Program-made: the position numbers and the translations under genes | Assembly: GCA_963663225.1 (NCBI GenBank) | Contig: OY760142.1 | Span: forward strand, 2,496,001-2,560,000 | Origin: Nitrospirota bacterium | GTDB taxonomy: Bacteria > Nitrospirota > UBA9217 | DNA: 64,000 bases | Reading direction: 5' to 3' | Shown here: one piece after another, positions 10,611-19,895 of the stretch | Layout: the number at the start of each line of letters is the position of its first letter | Position numbering within the stretch: the first letter of the stretch is position 1 | Notes under the pieces: model-generated | What the model was told of the DNA's origin: nothing | What the model saw: only the letters and a program-made list of their open reading frames with translations | The model's database searches: none

Positions 10611-12005
10611 ATGCCGACACACCTTACGATTATAGGCGCGGGACCGGGCGGATATGTGGCTGCAATCCGCGCGGCGCAGCGGGGGGCGCATGTTACCGTT
10701 GTCGAGAATTCTGAAGTGGGCGGCACCTGCCTGAATCAGGGCTGTATTCCCACAAAAGCACTGATTGCATCAGCGGAAGCACTCATGCACATGCGCCATG
10801 CAGCTGATTTTGGCCTGGAGGTTGCCGGTACGATCGGATACAATCTCGCCGGCATACGCGAGCGCAAGGACAAGATCGTGGCGACACAGGTCCGGGGCAT
10901 TCACAGTCTGTTCAAAAGCTGGGGCATAAATCTGATAACAGGAAAAGGCGCATTGCTGGCGCCTGATATTGTGCGGGTTGTTCAGAAAGACGGAACGACT
11001 ATGGATGTGAAGTCCGACAAAATTATCATTGCTACCGGTTCACGCCCTGCGGGGATACCGCATATAGCTTTTGACGCCGAACATATCATCTCAAGCGACG
11101 ATGCAGTGCGGCTTAAAAAGATCCCCAAAAGCATTCTTATCGTGGGCGCCGGCGTGATCGGCTCTGAGTTCGCTTTTGTGTATCGTACTTTCGGGGCAGA
11201 GGTGACGCTGGTCGAAATGCTGCCGCGCGCCTTGTCCACAGAGGATGAGGATATATCGGATATTATCGAACGCGAATTCAAAAAAACGAAAATCAAGCTT
11301 ATTGCCGGCGTTAAAGTTGAAAAGAGTGAAAAAGAAAGTGATGTGATTCTTACCACGTTAAGCAACGGACAGGTTGTCAGGTCTGAAATGGTGCTCGTCT
11401 CTATCGGTCGGTCCATGAACTCCGATGGTTTGGGGCTGGACGATGTGGGGGTGCTGCGGGGCACGCGGGGCGAAGTATTGGTAAATGAGAAACTGGAAAC
11501 GAACGTACCGGGCGTTTATGCAATCGGCGACGTGACGGGAAAATTTTTTCTCGCACATGTTGCTTCACACCAGGGCCTTGTTGCCGCAGAGAATGCACTC
11601 GGAGGTCAGGAAACGATGGACTACTCCGTGGTTCCATCGGGAATCTTCACCATGCCTGAAATCGGCAGCGCCGGACTTCGTGAAAAAGAGGCCCAAAACA
11701 GGAACAGTGCATATCGAACCGGAAAATTCCAATATCGGGCGCTCGGTAAGGCGCATGCCATGGGAGAAATTACCGGCATGGTAAAAATAATATCCGACGC
11801 AGTCACCGATGCTGTACTCGGTGTGCATATATGCGGCGCCCATGCAACGGATTTGATTCATGAAGGCGCGCTTGCCATTCGCATGGGCGCTACGACCAGA
11901 CAGCTCGGGAGCATGATCCACGCCCATCCGACCCTTGCCGAAGCTGTGATGGAGGCGGCTGAAGATGTACACGAACAGGCCGTTCATGTACCCCGGGAGA
12001 AGTAA
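10611..12005 (+). CDS. lpdA: Dihydrolipoyl dehydrogenase
   Basis: GAGPGGYVAA, GGTCLNQGCIPTK, NAD-type GAGVIG...VEM, HAHPTLAE. Confidence 0.95.
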   Translation: MPTHLTIIGAGPGGYVAAIRAAQRGAHVTVVENSEVGGTCLNQGCIPTKALIASAEALMHMRHAADFGLEVAGTIGYNLAGIRERKDKIVATQVRGIHSLFKSWGINLITGKGALLAPDIVRVVQKDGTTMDVKSDKIIIATGSRPAGIPHIAFDAEHIISSDDAVRLKKIPKSILIVGAGVIGSEFAFVYRTFGAEVTLVEMLPRALSTEDEDISDIIEREFKKTKIKLIAGVKVEKSEKESDVILTTLSNGQVVRSEMVLVSIGRSMNSDGLGLDDVGVLRGTRGEVLVNEKLETNVPGVYAIGDVTGKFFLAHVASHQGLVAAENALGGQETMDYSVVPSGIFTMPEIGSAGLREKEAQNRNSAYRTGKFQYRALGKAHAMGEITGMVKIISDAVTDAVLGVHICGAHATDLIHEGALAIRMGATTRQLGSMIHAHPTLAEAVMEAAEDVHEQAVHVPREK

Positions 12006-12045
12006 TTTTCTTTTGTGCGGAAGGAACAAGTCCGCTGATGCACTA

Positions 12046-13425
12046 TTACTCAGGTTCACGCAGTTTTGCAAACGCCTTTACTACCACTTCAGGCAATGCG
12101 GGATGGATATGCATTCCTCCGGCGACTGACCAGAGGCTGCCTTCTGCGGCCATGACATTCACAACTTCCTGGATCAGAACGGATGCCTGAGGCCCGATAA
12201 TGTGATATCCGAGAATTTTGCCGCTTTTCCTGTGTACAACAGCTTTGGCAAAACACCCGGTTTCCCTCATGGCCTCACCGCGTGACGTATCCGTGTAGAG
12301 GGCCTTTCCCACAAGAATTTCATGCTTTCCCGTGAGCTTTGCGGCCTGTTCCTCGGTCAATCCGACCGACGCGATTTCCGGCCAGGTAAAAACCGCATGC
12401 GGCACTGTTTGATAATTCATTTTTGACTTTTTCCCGTGCACGGCGTTGTCCCAGGCAAGCTCAGCCTCGTGATTGGCAGCATGGCGGAACATTTTTTCCC
12501 CAAGTGCGTCGCCAAAAGCCCATATATTTTTCTTTGTGGTTTCCAGAAAATCATCAACAAGAATATAACCGTCCCCGGTCGTTGCTACGCCGGTATTTTT
12601 GACCAAAAGTGCGTCTGCATTTGACTTCCTTCCGGCCGCCATCAAAACATACTGCGCCATAAATTCCATTTGCTTGCCGGTATCTTGTTCTTTGGCAGTG
12701 ACGGTGGTATATGTTCCGGTCTGACGCACCTCAACAGCTTCCATGCCTGTATGGATTTTTACCCGACTGGACAGGGCGGTCGCGAGCAGTGCTGACACTT
12801 CAGGTTCTTCTTCAGGGACGATATGTTTATTGCGCTGGATGATTGTTACCGGCGTGCCCATGGCTTCAAAAAAATGGGCAAATTCAACAGCAATATAGCC
12901 GCCTCCGATAATTATCATGCTTTCAGGTCGCTCTGTAAGCTGAAGCACGGATTCATTCGTAAGATATTCGATGCTTTCTATGCCTTGAATCTGCGGGATG
13001 AAAGGCCGTGCTCCTGTGGCGATAAAAATGGTTTTGCCTTTTATCGTCTGGTTGTTGACTTCGAGTGTGTAATCTCCCGTAAAATGGGCAGTACCGAAAT
13101 AAAAATCGAAATCATCTGCTTCTTTCAGCGCTTCTTCAATGTGGTTCCGGCTGTGATGAACCGTGCGTCGCATCCGCTCCATGATACTGGAAAAATCGAT
13201 GTTTTTGACTTCAGCGGCAATGCCGAGTTTTCCGGCTTCCCGGACTTCCATAACGCGGTCGGCGGGATAGACAAGCAGTTTCGTCGGTATGCAACCCACG
13301 TTGAGGCAGGTGCCGCCCAAAGGCCCTCGGTCTATAAAAGCAACACTTTTTCCATGTGCCAAAGCGTCTTCGATCAGATTTGCACCTGCGCCCGAACCGA
13401 TGATCACGATATCGTATTCCTTCAT
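12046..13425 (-). CDS. Pyridine nucleotide-disulfide oxidoreductase (Lpd/mycothione-reductase-like)
   Basis: GGTCLNVGCIPTK, GGGYIA...IQR, HAANHEA, HIHPALPE. Confidence 0.88.
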   Translation of the reverse strand: MKEYDIVIIGSGAGANLIEDALAHGKSVAFIDRGPLGGTCLNVGCIPTKLLVYPADRVMEVREAGKLGIAAEVKNIDFSSIMERMRRTVHHSRNHIEEALKEADDFDFYFGTAHFTGDYTLEVNNQTIKGKTIFIATGARPFIPQIQGIESIEYLTNESVLQLTERPESMIIIGGGYIAVEFAHFFEAMGTPVTIIQRNKHIVPEEEPEVSALLATALSSRVKIHTGMEAVEVRQTGTYTTVTAKEQDTGKQMEFMAQYVLMAAGRKSNADALLVKNTGVATTGDGYILVDDFLETTKKNIWAFGDALGEKMFRHAANHEAELAWDNAVHGKKSKMNYQTVPHAVFTWPEIASVGLTEEQAAKLTGKHEILVGKALYTDTSRGEAMRETGCFAKAVVHRKSGKILGYHIIGPQASVLIQEVVNVMAAEGSLWSVAGGMHIHPALPEVVVKAFAKLREPE

Positions 13426-13580
13426 GAATTCACCTCTTTTGAATTTTAGCAGATTTATGAGTGGAGTCAATGAAACGTATACTAGAGAAATCTGAAAAAT
13501 AATTGCTGTCCATTTCTTCAGTTACTTACATTGACAAATCATCATACTTATGGCAGGATATTTTTACTCAGGAGTCCACT

Positions 13581-14702
13581 ATGGATGAAGTCAATATAAC
13601 CATTATCGGCGCAGGTGTCGTGGGTTTGGCAACAGCAGCGGAGCTGTCTGCCTTCTACGACAATATTATTGTTCTTGAGAAACATGACAGCTTCGGCCGG
13701 GAGACGAGCAGCCGCAACAGCGAAGTCATCCATTCAGGCATCTATTATCCCCACGGATCATTGAAAGCAACACTGTGCGTGGAAGGGGCTAAACTGCTGT
13801 ATGAACTGTGCGCCTGTCATTCTATACCCTATAAAAAAACTGGGAAATTAATTGTTGCCGCCGACAAATCAGAAGAACTTATTCTTACGAATCTCCTTGA
13901 GAAAGGAAGACAAAATAATGTTCAGGGCCTGACCCTGCTGAGTAAACAGGATGTCAGCACGCGGGAACCGCATATTATTGCCGAGGCGGCGCTGTATGCT
14001 CCGGAAACCGGGATTATAGATTCTCATTCTCTGATGAAGCATTTTTATACTGTTGCGGAAGCAAACGGAACTCTGTTTGCGTTCAACAGCGAGTTGAATA
14101 GTCTGGCCCGTGTAAAGGATGGTTTTATCGCCGGGATAAAGCAGGACGATTATCAATTCCACTCTCGCATTATCATAAACTGCGCCGGTTTGTATTCAGA
14201 TTGTATAGCCGGGCTTGCGGGCATTGATGTTCATAAACATGATTATACGCTCAAGTACTGTAAGGGCTCTTATTTCTCATATGCCAAACCGTCGCCTGTA
14301 TCCATGCTTATTTATCCGGTTCCTCATGAGGAACTGGTAGGACTCGGAGTGCACGCGACACTCGATCTGGGTGGACGCCTTCGCTTCGGTCCGGATGCGG
14401 AGTATGTCCCGGGGACACTCGATTACAAGGTGGATCCAGGCAAAAAAGACGGTTTTTTTCAGGGAGCAATGCGGATTATTTCAGACCTTGACCAAGACGC
14501 TTTTGTTCCCGATATGTCCGGTATCCGGCCAAAACTACAGGGGCCGGGTGAGAAAGTAAGGGATTTTATCATCAGAGAAGAATCGGACAAAGACTTGCCG
14601 GGTCTGATTAATCTGATCGGAATAGAATCGCCCGGCTTGACAGCATCTCCCGCTATAGCGAAAATGGTGGCAGGAATGGTCAAGAAATTGCTGCCATCGT
14701 AA
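13581..14702 (+). CDS. FAD-dependent oxidoreductase, L-2-hydroxyglutarate oxidase (LhgO)-like
   Basis: GAGVVG, TSSRNSEVIHSGIYY, GIRPKL, GIESPGLTAS. Confidence 0.88.
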   Translation: MDEVNITIIGAGVVGLATAAELSAFYDNIIVLEKHDSFGRETSSRNSEVIHSGIYYPHGSLKATLCVEGAKLLYELCACHSIPYKKTGKLIVAADKSEELILTNLLEKGRQNNVQGLTLLSKQDVSTREPHIIAEAALYAPETGIIDSHSLMKHFYTVAEANGTLFAFNSELNSLARVKDGFIAGIKQDDYQFHSRIIINCAGLYSDCIAGLAGIDVHKHDYTLKYCKGSYFSYAKPSPVSMLIYPVPHEELVGLGVHATLDLGGRLRFGPDAEYVPGTLDYKVDPGKKDGFFQGAMRIISDLDQDAFVPDMSGIRPKLQGPGEKVRDFIIREESDKDLPGLINLIGIESPGLTASPAIAKMVAGMVKKLLPS

Positions 14703-14907
14703 CCTTTCCGAAAGAAATATTCATTTCTTTTTTCTTCAAAAATTTTCTCTTACCTAAAATTCTAGAACCATTGTCTTCTACAGTTATTTTATACGCCTAA
14801 GGTATCATATTTTCATAAGAACTTCCCGGCAAAACACAGCAGAACTTGCTATACTCATGGCAAAAGACAGTTATTCTTTTTAAAAAAATTCAAGCAAGGA
14901 GGAGCAC

Positions 14908-15372
14908 ATGAACAAAAAAATATTTATCATAGTGTTATCACTGCTTTTAACTATCGGTTTTGCTTTCACTGCATTTTCCCAAATGAAGCCTGATGTGCTG
15001 GTTAAACAACGTCAGGCTGCCATGACACTGCAGGGAAAATATTTTGCTCCTCTTGCCGGTATGGCCCAAGGCAAAATTCCTTATGACGCAAAAATAGTTG
15101 CGCGGAATGCAGGCTATCTGCATGTGTTGTCCATGATGCCTTGGGATGGTTTTGATCCGAGCACGGCAAACGAGAAGTCCGGCGCGCTTCCGGCTGTTTA
15201 TTCGGACAACGCCAAGTTTAAAAAGGCTGCTGAAGATATGCAAGCTGCCGCTGCAAGATTGGTCACGGTATCAAAAGGAAGAGGAAAAGACGAAGCCATT
15301 ATCAAAACAGCCATCGGTACGGTTGGAAAAACGTGCGGGGCGTGTCACGATAATTTCCGTCAAAAACAATAA
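14908..15372 (+). CDS. Cytochrome c' (class II cytochrome c)
   Basis: Signal peptide, RQAAM, single C-terminal CGACH motif. Confidence 0.9.
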   Translation: MNKKIFIIVLSLLLTIGFAFTAFSQMKPDVLVKQRQAAMTLQGKYFAPLAGMAQGKIPYDAKIVARNAGYLHVLSMMPWDGFDPSTANEKSGALPAVYSDNAKFKKAAEDMQAAAARLVTVSKGRGKDEAIIKTAIGTVGKTCGACHDNFRQKQ

Positions 15373-15390
15373 AATCATCAATTTTGTAGT

Positions 15391-15421
15391 AAAACCCCAC
15401 GCGGTACAGTGGGGTTTTTTT
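15391..15421 (+). terminator. Terminator after cytochrome c'
   Basis: aaaaccccac...gtggggtttt followed by a T-run. Confidence 0.7.
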
Positions 15422-16309
15422 ATGAAAGGGGAACTTTTGATTTCCATACGTCCGGTGCTGATTATCATTGTTTTCTTCTTCCTGCTGTCAGATGTGACAG
15501 CCGCAAACGCGCAACCAGGGGAAAGTATTAAACGGGGTGAATATCTGGTAAAAACAGCCAATTGCATCGGCTGTCATACGGAGGAGCGCGACGGGGCGAT
15601 TCCGTACGCGGGTGGGCGGGCGCTGAAGACTCCCTTCGGCACCTTCTTTGGACCGAATATCACGCAGGATAAAGAAGCTGGAATAGGACGCTGGAGCGAG
15701 GCTGATTTCGTCCGTGCAATGCGATCAGGCATGCGTCCGGACGGCGCTGCATATTTTCCCGCATTTCCGTATCCGTCTTACACGAAAATCACCGATACTG
15801 ATCTAAAGGACATGTGGTCGTATCTGCGCACCCTCGCCCCAAACAACCAGGGAAACCGGCCGCATGATCTTGGTTTTTTCTTTCAGTGGCGTTTTTTGGT
15901 GCGTTTCTGGAAACTACTGTTCTTCACGTCCGGACCGTTTATAAATGATTCCGGCCGTTCTCCTGCTCTCAACAGAGGTGCATATCTCGTCCAGGCAGTA
16001 GGCCATTGCGGTGAATGTCATACACCGCGTAATTTTCTTGGAGCTCCGAAAATAAGCCGCTTTTTGGCGGGAGGAATGGCTCCGGATGGGAAAAGAGTGC
16101 CGAACTTGACCCCCACGCGACTGAAAAGATGGAGTGATCAGGAGTTGCATGATTATTTGACCACGGGAGTAATGCCTGATGGAGATGTTGCCAATAAAAC
16201 CATGAGTGAGGTGATTCAGAATTCAACACGCGGGCTTACACCGGAAGACATGGTTGCCATGATTGCTTATATGAGGTCGCTGCCGCCTCTTGAAGATGAT
16301 CCCAAATAG
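15422..16309 (+). CDS. Diheme cytochrome c (alcohol/gluconate dehydrogenase cytochrome-like); start may be TTG 15437
   Basis: CIGCH and CGECH; PFGTFFGPNIT, PAFPYPSY, RGAYLV; signal peptide. Confidence 0.88.
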   Translation: MKGELLISIRPVLIIIVFFFLLSDVTAANAQPGESIKRGEYLVKTANCIGCHTEERDGAIPYAGGRALKTPFGTFFGPNITQDKEAGIGRWSEADFVRAMRSGMRPDGAAYFPAFPYPSYTKITDTDLKDMWSYLRTLAPNNQGNRPHDLGFFFQWRFLVRFWKLLFFTSGPFINDSGRSPALNRGAYLVQAVGHCGECHTPRNFLGAPKISRFLAGGMAPDGKRVPNLTPTRLKRWSDQELHDYLTTGVMPDGDVANKTMSEVIQNSTRGLTPEDMVAMIAYMRSLPPLEDDPK

Positions 16310-16312
16310 TCA

Positions 16313-16459
16313 TCATCGCACGAGCAGCGGAATGCCGAATAGGACTCCAAACGCGGCAAACAGCCAGGGGATGCCTTCACCTGCCAAATATCCCGAGAAA
16401 ACGAAATAGAAACTTGTAATCACACTAGTTCCGCAAATAATTATGACAGCTATCTGCAT
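16313..16459 (-). CDS. Putative 48-aa two-TM small protein
   Basis: Manual translation MQIAVIIICGTSVITSFYFVFSGYLAGEGIPWLFAAFGVLFGIPLLVR*; ATG 12 nt after the tkt stop. Confidence 0.4.
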   Translation of the reverse strand: MQIAVIIICGTSVITSFYFVFSGYLAGEGIPWLFAAFGVLFGIPLLVR

Positions 16460-16471
16460 ATGATCATTCGG

Positions 16472-18343
16472 TTAGCTTCTAGCCCGATGTGTTTTTTTCT
16501 TTGTGCGTTTTCCGCGTTTTTTCGTCACTTTCATTACTTGAGCAATAATCGCTTTGGCGGAGATTTCCTCAAATGCGAGCAGCTCTTCCGGTTTTCCGCT
16601 TTTCGGCATTTTCCGGACGCAGAGCGAATATACGGGAACGGGTTCTTTCGCAAGGGCACTGCGAACGGCTTCGCTTATGCCGCCTTCAGCAAAGTGGTCT
16701 TCCACGGTGATGATTGCTCCGGTCTCCTTTGCAGCTTTTCTGATCGTTTTTGTATCAACGGGTTTTATGCTGTAGAGATCAATGACCCGAATGAAAATAC
16801 CCTTTTCTTTCAGCGTCGCATGGGCCTGCAAAGCTTCATGCAGTGTGATGCCGGCGGCCACTACCGTGACAACGTCGGCCTTATTCGCTCTTAAAACCTT
16901 GCTTCCGCCGATGGCGAATGCATCCGTGTTCCGGTACAGAATGGGTGTTTCCTTTCGCGTAGTCCGCATATATGCAATGCCGCGGTGTTTTGCCATTTCT
17001 TCGAGCAGCTTTTCCGTGGACACGGCGTCCGAAGGATAGAGCACAACACTCTCCAAAATGGTCCTGAACATGGCGATATCCTCAAGGCCCATTTGCGATG
17101 AACCATCTTCGCCTATGGAAACACCGGCATGAGAACCGCAAAACTTGATGTTCGCGTGGGAATATTGGGCCATCCTGATCTGGTCAAAGGCCCGGGTAAG
17201 AAAAGCCGCAAATGTTGAAAGAAATGGTATTTTGCCGCGAATAGAGAGCCCGAGCGCTGTGCCGACCATGTTCTGTTCAGCAATATACATTTCCAGGAAC
17301 CGCTCAGGATACGCTGCTTTGAATATTTCTGAAAACGTGGAGTTGCTCACTTCCGCGTCAAGCACCACCATGTCCGGAAACGCCGGGAATATTCTTTCCA
17401 GGGCCGTGCCGTAAGCGTGCCTTGTTGCCACGGATTTGCCAGCGGTATAAGAAGTACGGGCGGCGGTCCCGGGTTTCTGTCCAAGAGGCCGGATATCATC
17501 CGGTTCTTCGATGCGGCCTTGTATTGTTGTATCGACAGGTCCGAGTTCCTGTAATCCTCGTGCCAGTTCTTCTTTTTTGAGCGCTTTCCCGTGCCATCCG
17601 TTTTTATCCTCTATGAATGAAATCCCTTTACCCTTCAGCGTTTTTGCGATGATCATGGTCGGTTTATCGCCAGGTCCTGCCGCCTGCTTAAACGCCGTTA
17701 AAATCTGGGCCATATCATGGCCGTCTATGACGATGGTTTCCCATCCGAAAGACGCAACTCTGTTTTTGTATACATCCAGGTTGTGCCCGTACATCGTTTC
17801 ACCGCGCTGACCGAGACGGTTTACGTCCAGAACGCCTATGAGATTATTCAGCTTGTAGAACGAGGCTATCTCCAACGCTTCCCAGAGTGAGCCTTCAGCC
17901 ATTTCACTGTCTCCCAGAAGGACATATGTCCGATAGAACAGTTTGTCGATATATTTGGCGTTTATTGCCATTCCGACGCCGATCGAGAGCCCCTGTCCGA
18001 GCGATCCGGTTGCCGCTTCCGTATGGCGAAACGCGGGAGTAGGATGCCCTTCGAGAGGGCTGTTGAATTTTCTATAGCTGAGCAGCTCTTTTTCCGAAAC
18101 CGACCCTGCCGCGGCCCAAAGAGAATAAAAAAGAGGGGAGGCATGGCCCTTGGAAAATATTAATCTGTCGTTGGCGGGGTGGAGCGGATCAGGGATCCGA
18201 TATCTGAATGTTCCGCCGAACATGAGGCCGGTCATCAGATCTGCAGCGGATAAGGAGGAGGTCGGATGGCCGGATCCTGCTTCAGTGGATATGACGAGGC
18301 TGTAGTAGCGGACAAGCTTGGCAATACTTTCGAGATTATTCAT
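16472..18343 (-). CDS. tkt: Transketolase (single-chain)
   Basis: SGHPTSS, SKGHASP, LEGHP, GSLGQG, TPP motif GDSEMAEG...N, GEDGSSQM; GGAGG RBS before ATG 18343. Confidence 0.94.
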   Translation of the reverse strand: MNNLESIAKLVRYYSLVISTEAGSGHPTSSLSAADLMTGLMFGGTFRYRIPDPLHPANDRLIFSKGHASPLFYSLWAAAGSVSEKELLSYRKFNSPLEGHPTPAFRHTEAATGSLGQGLSIGVGMAINAKYIDKLFYRTYVLLGDSEMAEGSLWEALEIASFYKLNNLIGVLDVNRLGQRGETMYGHNLDVYKNRVASFGWETIVIDGHDMAQILTAFKQAAGPGDKPTMIIAKTLKGKGISFIEDKNGWHGKALKKEELARGLQELGPVDTTIQGRIEEPDDIRPLGQKPGTAARTSYTAGKSVATRHAYGTALERIFPAFPDMVVLDAEVSNSTFSEIFKAAYPERFLEMYIAEQNMVGTALGLSIRGKIPFLSTFAAFLTRAFDQIRMAQYSHANIKFCGSHAGVSIGEDGSSQMGLEDIAMFRTILESVVLYPSDAVSTEKLLEEMAKHRGIAYMRTTRKETPILYRNTDAFAIGGSKVLRANKADVVTVVAAGITLHEALQAHATLKEKGIFIRVIDLYSIKPVDTKTIRKAAKETGAIITVEDHFAEGGISEAVRSALAKEPVPVYSLCVRKMPKSGKPEELLAFEEISAKAIIAQVMKVTKKRGKRTKKKTHRARS

Positions 18344-18355
18344 CAGAACCTCCGT

Positions 18356-18460
18356 ATCAGCCGCAGAGGGCCCAGAGCGCGGGCAGTTAAGGAACGTACG
18401 GACAAGTATATGCTCGCCGTGAAACTTTAGAATCCCGTGGCCGTGGGTTCTCCGGCTGAT
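18356..18460. repeat. Short intergenic element with imperfect terminal inverted repeats
   Basis: atcagccgcagagggccca versus the reverse complement of the right end, atcagccggagaaccca. Confidence 0.45.
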
Positions 18461-18461
18461 G

Positions 18462-19895
18462 TTATAGTAGAGTTTGCATTGTCTTTTGTATGATCTCAAT
18501 AAGCGTTCCGGGATATATGCCGAACCAGACCAGCAGGAACGAGAGCATGGCGAGCACGATGGTTCCCGGAAGGGAACGCGCAGGCGCTGATACGGTCTTT
18601 TCTGCAGGCTGTCCATACAATGCGGCGACAATGCGGAGATAGTAGAAAAGGCCGATAACGCTGTTTATAACAAGGATAATCACGAGGAGCCAGAGTGTTG
18701 AACCGACTCCTGCCGCAACGATGTAAAATTTTCCTATGAATCCGGCCGTCAGGGGGATTCCCGCCAGCGAAAGCATCATGATAGTAAAAACGCCCCCAAG
18801 CAACGGGTTGCGCCAGGCAAGTCCCTGATAATCTTCAATGCGGTCCGCGTCCCTGTTTTTATCGGAAAGAACGGACACCACACCAAAAGCGCCAAGTGTG
18901 GTAATAAAGTAGGCGGTCAGGTAAAAGGCGGCAGCGGCAGCAGCGGTGGCGCCGCCTGCCAGGAGTGTCACCAGAAGATAGCCAAGGTGTGAAATGGATG
19001 AATACGCGAGGATGCGTTTGATATTTTTCTGAAGAAGGGCGAGCAGGTTCCCGGCGAACATGGAGGCAATTGCGATGATAGTGAAAATAAGCACCAGTGA
19101 TTGGAACGCATGAATGTCGACACGGGAAAAATACCGGAACAGGAGAGCAAACACCGCCCCTTTGGACACCGTGGCAATAAAAGCCGAGACCGGCGCCGGT
19201 GCCCCCTCGTAAACGTCAGGTGTCCAGAGATGAAAAGGCACCACCGCGAGCTTAAAACCCGCACCGGCGACAATCAGGCAGAAGCCGGACAGAAGCGTCA
19301 GACTGTGTACTCCGGGAACCGCGGCCCGCGATGCAATTCTGGCAAACTCCATGCTTCCGATTTCAGCATAGACAAGCGCCATTCCGAACAGAATAAAGGC
19401 GGAGGATACAGCGGCCAGAACCAGGTATTTTACACCGGCTTCGATGCCCTGATTGTTGCTTCTTAGATAGGCCGCAAGCACATACAGAGAAACGCTCAGC
19501 ATTTCGATGCCGAGGAAAAATGAGGCGAAATGTGTGCTTGCTGCCAGCAGTCCCGCGCCAAGCGTTGCAAGGAGCAGTATTAAATAAAATTCTTCACGAT
19601 GTTCATTATGGTTCTCCAGATAGGTGTAGGAAAGCGCTGCAACAGCGGAACTGGCAAGAAAAAACAGGACCATATACGAAAGAGCATATGCGTCTACGAC
19701 GAGCAGGGTGGTAATGCTGCGGGGCGTCACCGGCATGATGGCCGGAACCAGTGCGGCGGCTGCGAGCAGGCCCGTGATCGTCATACCTGCGGTCGTTTTA
19801 TGGTTTCGATAAAAAGCGATTACCAGCATGACTGCGACAGCGGTGCACGCCACAACAATCAGGGGGAGAAGCGTGATCAGGGCGGTTTTATTCAT
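18462..19895 (-). CDS. nuoN: NADH-quinone oxidoreductase subunit N
   Basis: EAGVKY, FKLAVVPFHLWTPDVYEGAP, RILAYSSISH, SLAGIPLTAGF. Confidence 0.96.
   Translation of the reverse strand: MNKTALITLLPLIVVACTAVAVMLVIAFYRNHKTTAGMTITGLLAAAALVPAIMPVTPRSITTLLVVDAYALSYMVLFFLASSAVAALSYTYLENHNEHREEFYLILLLATLGAGLLAASTHFASFFLGIEMLSVSLYVLAAYLRSNNQGIEAGVKYLVLAAVSSAFILFGMALVYAEIGSMEFARIASRAAVPGVHSLTLLSGFCLIVAGAGFKLAVVPFHLWTPDVYEGAPAPVSAFIATVSKGAVFALLFRYFSRVDIHAFQSLVLIFTIIAIASMFAGNLLALLQKNIKRILAYSSISHLGYLLVTLLAGGATAAAAAAFYLTAYFITTLGAFGVVSVLSDKNRDADRIEDYQGLAWRNPLLGGVFTIMMLSLAGIPLTAGFIGKFYIVAAGVGSTLWLLVIILVINSVIGLFYYLRIVAALYGQPAEKTVSAPARSLPGTIVLAMLSFLLVWFGIYPGTLIEIIQKTMQTLL

Noticed and set aside
18344-18631. 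N-terminal extension of transketolase in the ORF track
   Set aside because: It overlaps nuoN, and a good RBS precedes ATG 18343. The long nuoK, diheme cytochrome and MBL ORF extensions were trimmed for the same reason.
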